From: Acidobacteriota bacterium
GTDB taxonomy: Bacteria > Acidobacteriota > Thermoanaerobaculia > UBA5066
Assembly (NCBI GenBank): GCA_029781975.1
Contig: JAKOVQ010000016.1
Location: forward strand, 530,086-594,085
Length of the DNA: 64,000 bases
Direction: 5' to 3'
Under the pieces are notes generated by a model. It was given only the letters and a program-made list of their open reading frames with translations, was not told where the DNA came from and did not search any database. Of the stretch, positions 60,320 through 64,000 are shown piece by piece. Both the position numbers and the translations under genes were made by a program. Numbering within the stretch: the stretch's first letter is position 1; the number at the start of each line of letters is the position of its first letter.

Positions 60320-63300
60320 CCCAGACCCCCCGCTTCCGCTCCCTCCTCGTCCCCGCGCTCGCCGCCTCGCTCGCGCTCTGTGCGCAGCTCTCCGCCGCCC
60401 CGGCGAAGGGGGGCGAGAAGCCCGCGGCTCCCGAGAAGAAGGAGCTCCTCTCGTCGAAGACCCTCGCGGGGCTCGCCTTCCGCGGGATCGGCCCCGCCCT
60501 CACCTCGGGCCGGATCGTCGACATCGCGGTCCGCCCCGACCGGCCGAAGACCTGGTACGTCGCCTCGGCGTCCGGCGGCGTCTGGATGACCGAGACCGCG
60601 GGGACGAGCTTCACCCCCGTCTTCGACGCGGAGGGCTCCTACTCCATCGGCTGCGTCGCCCTCGACCCGACGAACCCGCTGGTCGTCTGGGTGGGGACGG
60701 GGGAGAACAACGGGCAGCGGAGCGTCTCGTACGGCGACGGCGTCTACCGCTCGCTCGACGGCGGCAAGAGCTGGGAGAACATGGGGCTCAAGGCCTCCGA
60801 GCACGTCGGGAAGATCGTCGTCGACCCGAAGGACGGGAAGACGGTCTACGTGGCGGCGCAGGGGCCGCTCTGGGCCGACGGCGGCGACCGGGGCCTCTAC
60901 AAGACGACCGACGGCGGCAAGAGCTGGAAGAAGGTCCTCGACGTCTCGCCGAGGACGGGGGTCTCCGACCTCTGGATGGACCCGCGGAACCCGGACGTCC
61001 TCCTCGCCGCCGCGTGGCAGCGGCGGCGGCACGTCTGGACCCTGATCGACGGCGGTCCGGAGTCGGCGGTCTACAAGTCGACCGACGCCGGGGCGACCTG
61101 GCGCAAGCTCGAGAAGGGGCTCCCGAAGGGGGACCTGGGGCGGATCGGCCTCGCGATCTCGCCGGCCGACCCGGACGTCGTCTACGCCATCGTGGAGGCC
61201 TCGGACAAGAAGGCCGCCGGGACCTACCGCTCGACCGACGGCGGGGAGTCGTGGGAGCGGCGCGCCGACTACACGCCGGGCGGGCCGCAGTACTACCAGG
61301 AGCTGATCCCCGACCCGAAGAGGTCCGACCGGGTCTACTCGATGGACGTCTTCCTCCAGGTGACCGAGGACGGCGGGAAGAGCTGGCACGACCTCGGCGA
61401 GAAGTGGAAGCACGTGGACAACCACGCGCTCTGGGTCGACCCGGCCGACACGGACCACCTCCTGAACGGCAACGACGGCGGGCTCTACGAGAGCTGGGAC
61501 CGGGGGATCTCCTGGGCCTTCAAGGCCAACCTCCCCGTGACCCAGTTCTATCGCGTGGCCGTCGACGAGTCGAAGCCCTTCTACTTCGTCTACGGCGGCA
61601 CCCAGGACAACTTCTCGCTCGGTGGCCCCTCCCGGACGCGGACCGTCAACGGCATCCGGAACGACGACTGGTTCGTGACGCAGGGGGGCGACGGCTTCGT
61701 GTCGCAGGTCGACCCGACGAACCCCGACATCGTCTACGCGGAGTCGCAGTACGCGGGCCTCGTGAGGTTCGACCGGAGGACGGGGGAGACGATCGACATC
61801 CAGCCCCAGCCGGGGCCCGACGACCCGCCCCTGCGCTGGAACTGGGACTCGCCGCTGATCATCAGCCCCCACTCCCCGGCGCGGCTCTACTTCGCCGCGC
61901 AGCGGCTCTTCAGGAGCGACGACCGCGGCGACACCTGGAAGCCCGTGAGCCCGGACCTGACGGCCGGAATCGACCGCAACGCGCTCAAGGTGATGGGGAG
62001 GGTCTGGAGCGTCGACGCGGTGGCCAAGAACACCTCGACGTCGTTCTACGGGAACATCGTCTCCCTCGCGGAGTCGCCCGTGAAGGAGGGGCTCCTCTAC
62101 GTCGGGACGGACGACGGCCTCGTCCAGGTGAGCGAGGACGGCGGCGGCGCCTGGCGGAAGGACGCGTCGTTCCCCGGGGTCCCCGAGCGGAGCTACGTCT
62201 CCGACCTCTTCGCCTCCCCGCACGCGGAGGGGACCGTCTTCGCCGCGTTCGACAACCACAAGATGGGCGACTTCAAGCCCTACCTCCTGAAGAGCACGGA
62301 CCGCGGCAGGAGCTGGACCTCGGTCGCCGGCGACCTCCCCACGCGCGGGACGGTCTACACGGTGGCCGAGGACCCGGTGAAGCCGGACCTCCTCTTCGCG
62401 GGAACCGAGTTTGGTCTCTTCGTGACGGTCGACGGCGGGAAGAAGTGGGTCCAGATGAAGGGCGGCCTCCCGACGATCGCCGTCCGGGACATCGCGATCC
62501 AGAAACGCGAGGGGGACCTCGTCCTCGCCACCTTCGGCCGAGGCTTCTACGTCCTCGACGACTACTCGCCCCTCCGGCAGGTCACGCCGGCCGCCCTCGA
62601 GAAGGAGGGCTTCCTCTTCCCGGTGAAGGCCGCCTGGATGTACGTCCCGAGCGCGCCGCTGGGCCTGCCGGGGAAGGCGTTCCAGGGCGAGGCCTATTTC
62701 ATGGCCCCGAACCCGCCGTTCGGAGCGGTCTTCACCTACTACCTGAAGGACGAGCCGAAGACGCGGAAGAAGGCGAGGCACGAGGCGGAGAAGGAGCTGG
62801 AGAAGAAGGGGGCCGACACGCCGTACCCGCCCTTCGACGCGCTCCGCGCCGAGGCCCGCGAGGAGGAGCCGAAGGTCCTCCTGACGGTGACCGACGAGAC
62901 CGGGGCCGTCGTCCGGCGGCTCACCGGACCCGCGAAGGCCGGGTTCAACAGGGTCGCGTGGGACCTCCGCTATCCCGCGCCCAACCCGACGAGCCTGAAG
63001 CCGCCGTCGACAGACAACCCCTTCCGCCAGCCGCCCGAGGGGCCGCTGGCGATGCCGGGAGCCTACAAGGTGGAGCTCGCGCTCGCGGCCGACGGGAAGA
63101 CGACCCCGCTGGGCGAGGCGCAGCCCTTCCAGGCCGTCGTCCTGGGGACGGCGAGCCTGCCGCCGGCCGATCGCGCCGCGCTCCTGGCGTTCGAGCAGAA
63201 GACCGCGCGCCTCTACCGCGCCGTCCTGGGGAGCGTCCAGGCCGCCAGGGAGGCGAAGGACCGGGTCGACCACCTGCAGAAGGCGCTCCTCGACACGCCG

Positions 63301-63642
63301 GGGGCCGCGCCGCAGCTCCTCGCCGACGCCCGGGCCCTCGAGCTGCGGCTCGCGGACCTCGACGTCGCGCTGAACGGCGACCGCGTGATCGCGGCGATCC
63401 AGGAGCCGGTCTCGCCCGGGATCGTGGAGCGGGTCCGGACCATCGTGAGCGGACACTGGCAGAGCACCTCCGCCCCGACGGCCACCCAGAGGCGCGACTA
63501 CGACGTCGCGGCCGCGCAGTTCGGGAAGGCGCTGGCGACGCTGAAGGGGATCGGCGCGGAGCTGACGGCGCTCGAGGGGAAGGCCGAGGCGGCCGGGGCG
63601 CCCTGGACGCCGGGGCGGATCCCCGACTGGAAGCCGGAGTAG
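60316..63642 (+). CDS. secreted BNR/Asp-box repeat protein (sortilin/VPS10-like or glycosidase-like beta-propeller)
   Basis: ATG 60316 overlapping POP stop (ATGA), GGAGGA RBS; signal peptide MTQTPRFRSLLVPALAASLALCAQLSAA; >=9 Asp-box repeats S/TxDxGxxW; 1108 aa; upstream 587 codons of composite 1695-aa ORF are antisense junk. Confidence 0.88.
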   Translation: MTQTPRFRSLLVPALAASLALCAQLSAAPAKGGEKPAAPEKKELLSSKTLAGLAFRGIGPALTSGRIVDIAVRPDRPKTWYVASASGGVWMTETAGTSFTPVFDAEGSYSIGCVALDPTNPLVVWVGTGENNGQRSVSYGDGVYRSLDGGKSWENMGLKASEHVGKIVVDPKDGKTVYVAAQGPLWADGGDRGLYKTTDGGKSWKKVLDVSPRTGVSDLWMDPRNPDVLLAAAWQRRRHVWTLIDGGPESAVYKSTDAGATWRKLEKGLPKGDLGRIGLAISPADPDVVYAIVEASDKKAAGTYRSTDGGESWERRADYTPGGPQYYQELIPDPKRSDRVYSMDVFLQVTEDGGKSWHDLGEKWKHVDNHALWVDPADTDHLLNGNDGGLYESWDRGISWAFKANLPVTQFYRVAVDESKPFYFVYGGTQDNFSLGGPSRTRTVNGIRNDDWFVTQGGDGFVSQVDPTNPDIVYAESQYAGLVRFDRRTGETIDIQPQPGPDDPPLRWNWDSPLIISPHSPARLYFAAQRLFRSDDRGDTWKPVSPDLTAGIDRNALKVMGRVWSVDAVAKNTSTSFYGNIVSLAESPVKEGLLYVGTDDGLVQVSEDGGGAWRKDASFPGVPERSYVSDLFASPHAEGTVFAAFDNHKMGDFKPYLLKSTDRGRSWTSVAGDLPTRGTVYTVAEDPVKPDLLFAGTEFGLFVTVDGGKKWVQMKGGLPTIAVRDIAIQKREGDLVLATFGRGFYVLDDYSPLRQVTPAALEKEGFLFPVKAAWMYVPSAPLGLPGKAFQGEAYFMAPNPPFGAVFTYYLKDEPKTRKKARHEAEKELEKKGADTPYPPFDALRAEAREEEPKVLLTVTDETGAVVRRLTGPAKAGFNRVAWDLRYPAPNPTSLKPPSTDNPFRQPPEGPLAMPGAYKVELALAADGKTTPLGEAQPFQAVVLGTASLPPADRAALLAFEQKTARLYRAVLGSVQAAREAKDRVDHLQKALLDTPGAAPQLLADARALELRLADLDVALNGDRVIAAIQEPVSPGIVERVRTIVSGHWQSTSAPTATQRRDYDVAAAQFGKALATLKGIGAELTALEGKAEAAGAPWTPGRIPDWKPE

Positions 63643-63670
63643 AGGCCCGAGGGCGGTCCGAGCGGAGACG

Positions 63671-63706
63671 AAAAAGGGGGGGAGGGCTGGACGGCGCTCC
63701 CCCGGG
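63671..63706 (-). terminator. rho-independent terminator on the minus strand
   Basis: Minus strand reads GGGGGAG-CGCCGTCCAGCC-CTCCCCC followed by TTTTT (plus-strand AAAAA 63671-63675). Confidence 0.4.
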
Positions 63707-63902
63707 AGGAGTTGGTAGGAACGCGTCGAGCGTTCGCTTTCGGTTGAGGAATCTGAGCCGCGCGAGCCGGGCACGCCACCTGCGAGGGACGAAGCGCACG
63801 GACGCCGGGACGAGGGCCGCCACGAGCCCGGGACGAACGGGACAACGAGGCGGAGGAGGCGTCCTTTCGGGTCCGCCCGCCCACCTCGCGCCCTGGCTCC
63901 CG

Positions 63903-64000
63903 GTCAGTCGGCAACCGGCAGTCCGAGCCTCGCCTCGCCCGTCTCGGGGACGCCGTCGCGACGCCTCGGCACCGCCTCGAGCCTGCGGAAGCTCTTGAGG
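63903..64000 (-). CDS. 3' end of a minus-strand gene entering from beyond the window end (partial)
   Basis: Open frame ...LKSFRRLEAVPRRRDGVPETGEARLGLPVAD* with strong GC3 bias (28/31 codons) ending TGA ~63903; matches the downstream minus-strand terminator. Confidence 0.3.

Overview
This window is a densely packed stretch of bacterial chromosome with very high GC (about 70%). The false-frame ORFs are rich in Arg/Gly/Pro/Ala, and there is a giant 3233-aa antisense ORF, both typical artefacts of such GC content. Gene content is typical of a Gram-negative soil bacterium, possibly Acidobacteria- or Gemmatimonadetes-like. I recognise about 45 genes.

The main units are:
- **Efflux operon 1 (minus strand):** EmrA/EmrB-type multidrug pump behind a TolC-family outer-membrane factor that carries an unusual in-frame N-terminal STAS domain. 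It is transcribed divergently from a GAF sigma-54 activator.
- **Efflux operon 2 (minus strand):** TetR, outer-membrane factor, periplasmic adaptor and RND pump, translationally coupled, with a palindromic operator.
- **Plus-strand cluster:** sigma-54 enhancer-binding protein, Kup K+ transporter, GH63 glucosidase and a cytoplasmic Ntn (penicillin-acylase family) hydrolase, tightly packed.
- **Second penicillin-acylase paralog** followed by an OmpW-like porin.
- **tRNA region:** tRNA-His and tRNA-Arg, followed by a 150-bp tandem duplication that copies the 3' half of tRNA-Arg together with its intrinsic terminator.
- **Candidate selenoprotein:** immediately downstream of the tRNAs, a secreted Bcp/PrxQ peroxiredoxin whose peroxidatic-Cys codon is an in-frame TGA with a SECIS-like hairpin. 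It is convergent with a two-gene c-type cytochrome operon.
- **Gene remnants:** a geranylgeranyl-reductase-like FAD oxidoreductase pseudogene and a possibly frameshifted small secreted ORF.
- **Other genes:** RtcB, a beta-propeller sensor kinase, HtrA, a PD40-propeller Ser/Thr kinase, HIT, a lone type IIA topoisomerase B subunit, formamidase, an ACE-like M2 peptidase, a GT2-methyltransferase fusion, a Tat-exported TldD with PmbA, prolyl oligopeptidase and a sortilin-like BNR protein.

No CRISPR array, transposase or integrase is visible. Coordinates for internal starts are my best estimates and may be off by a codon or so.
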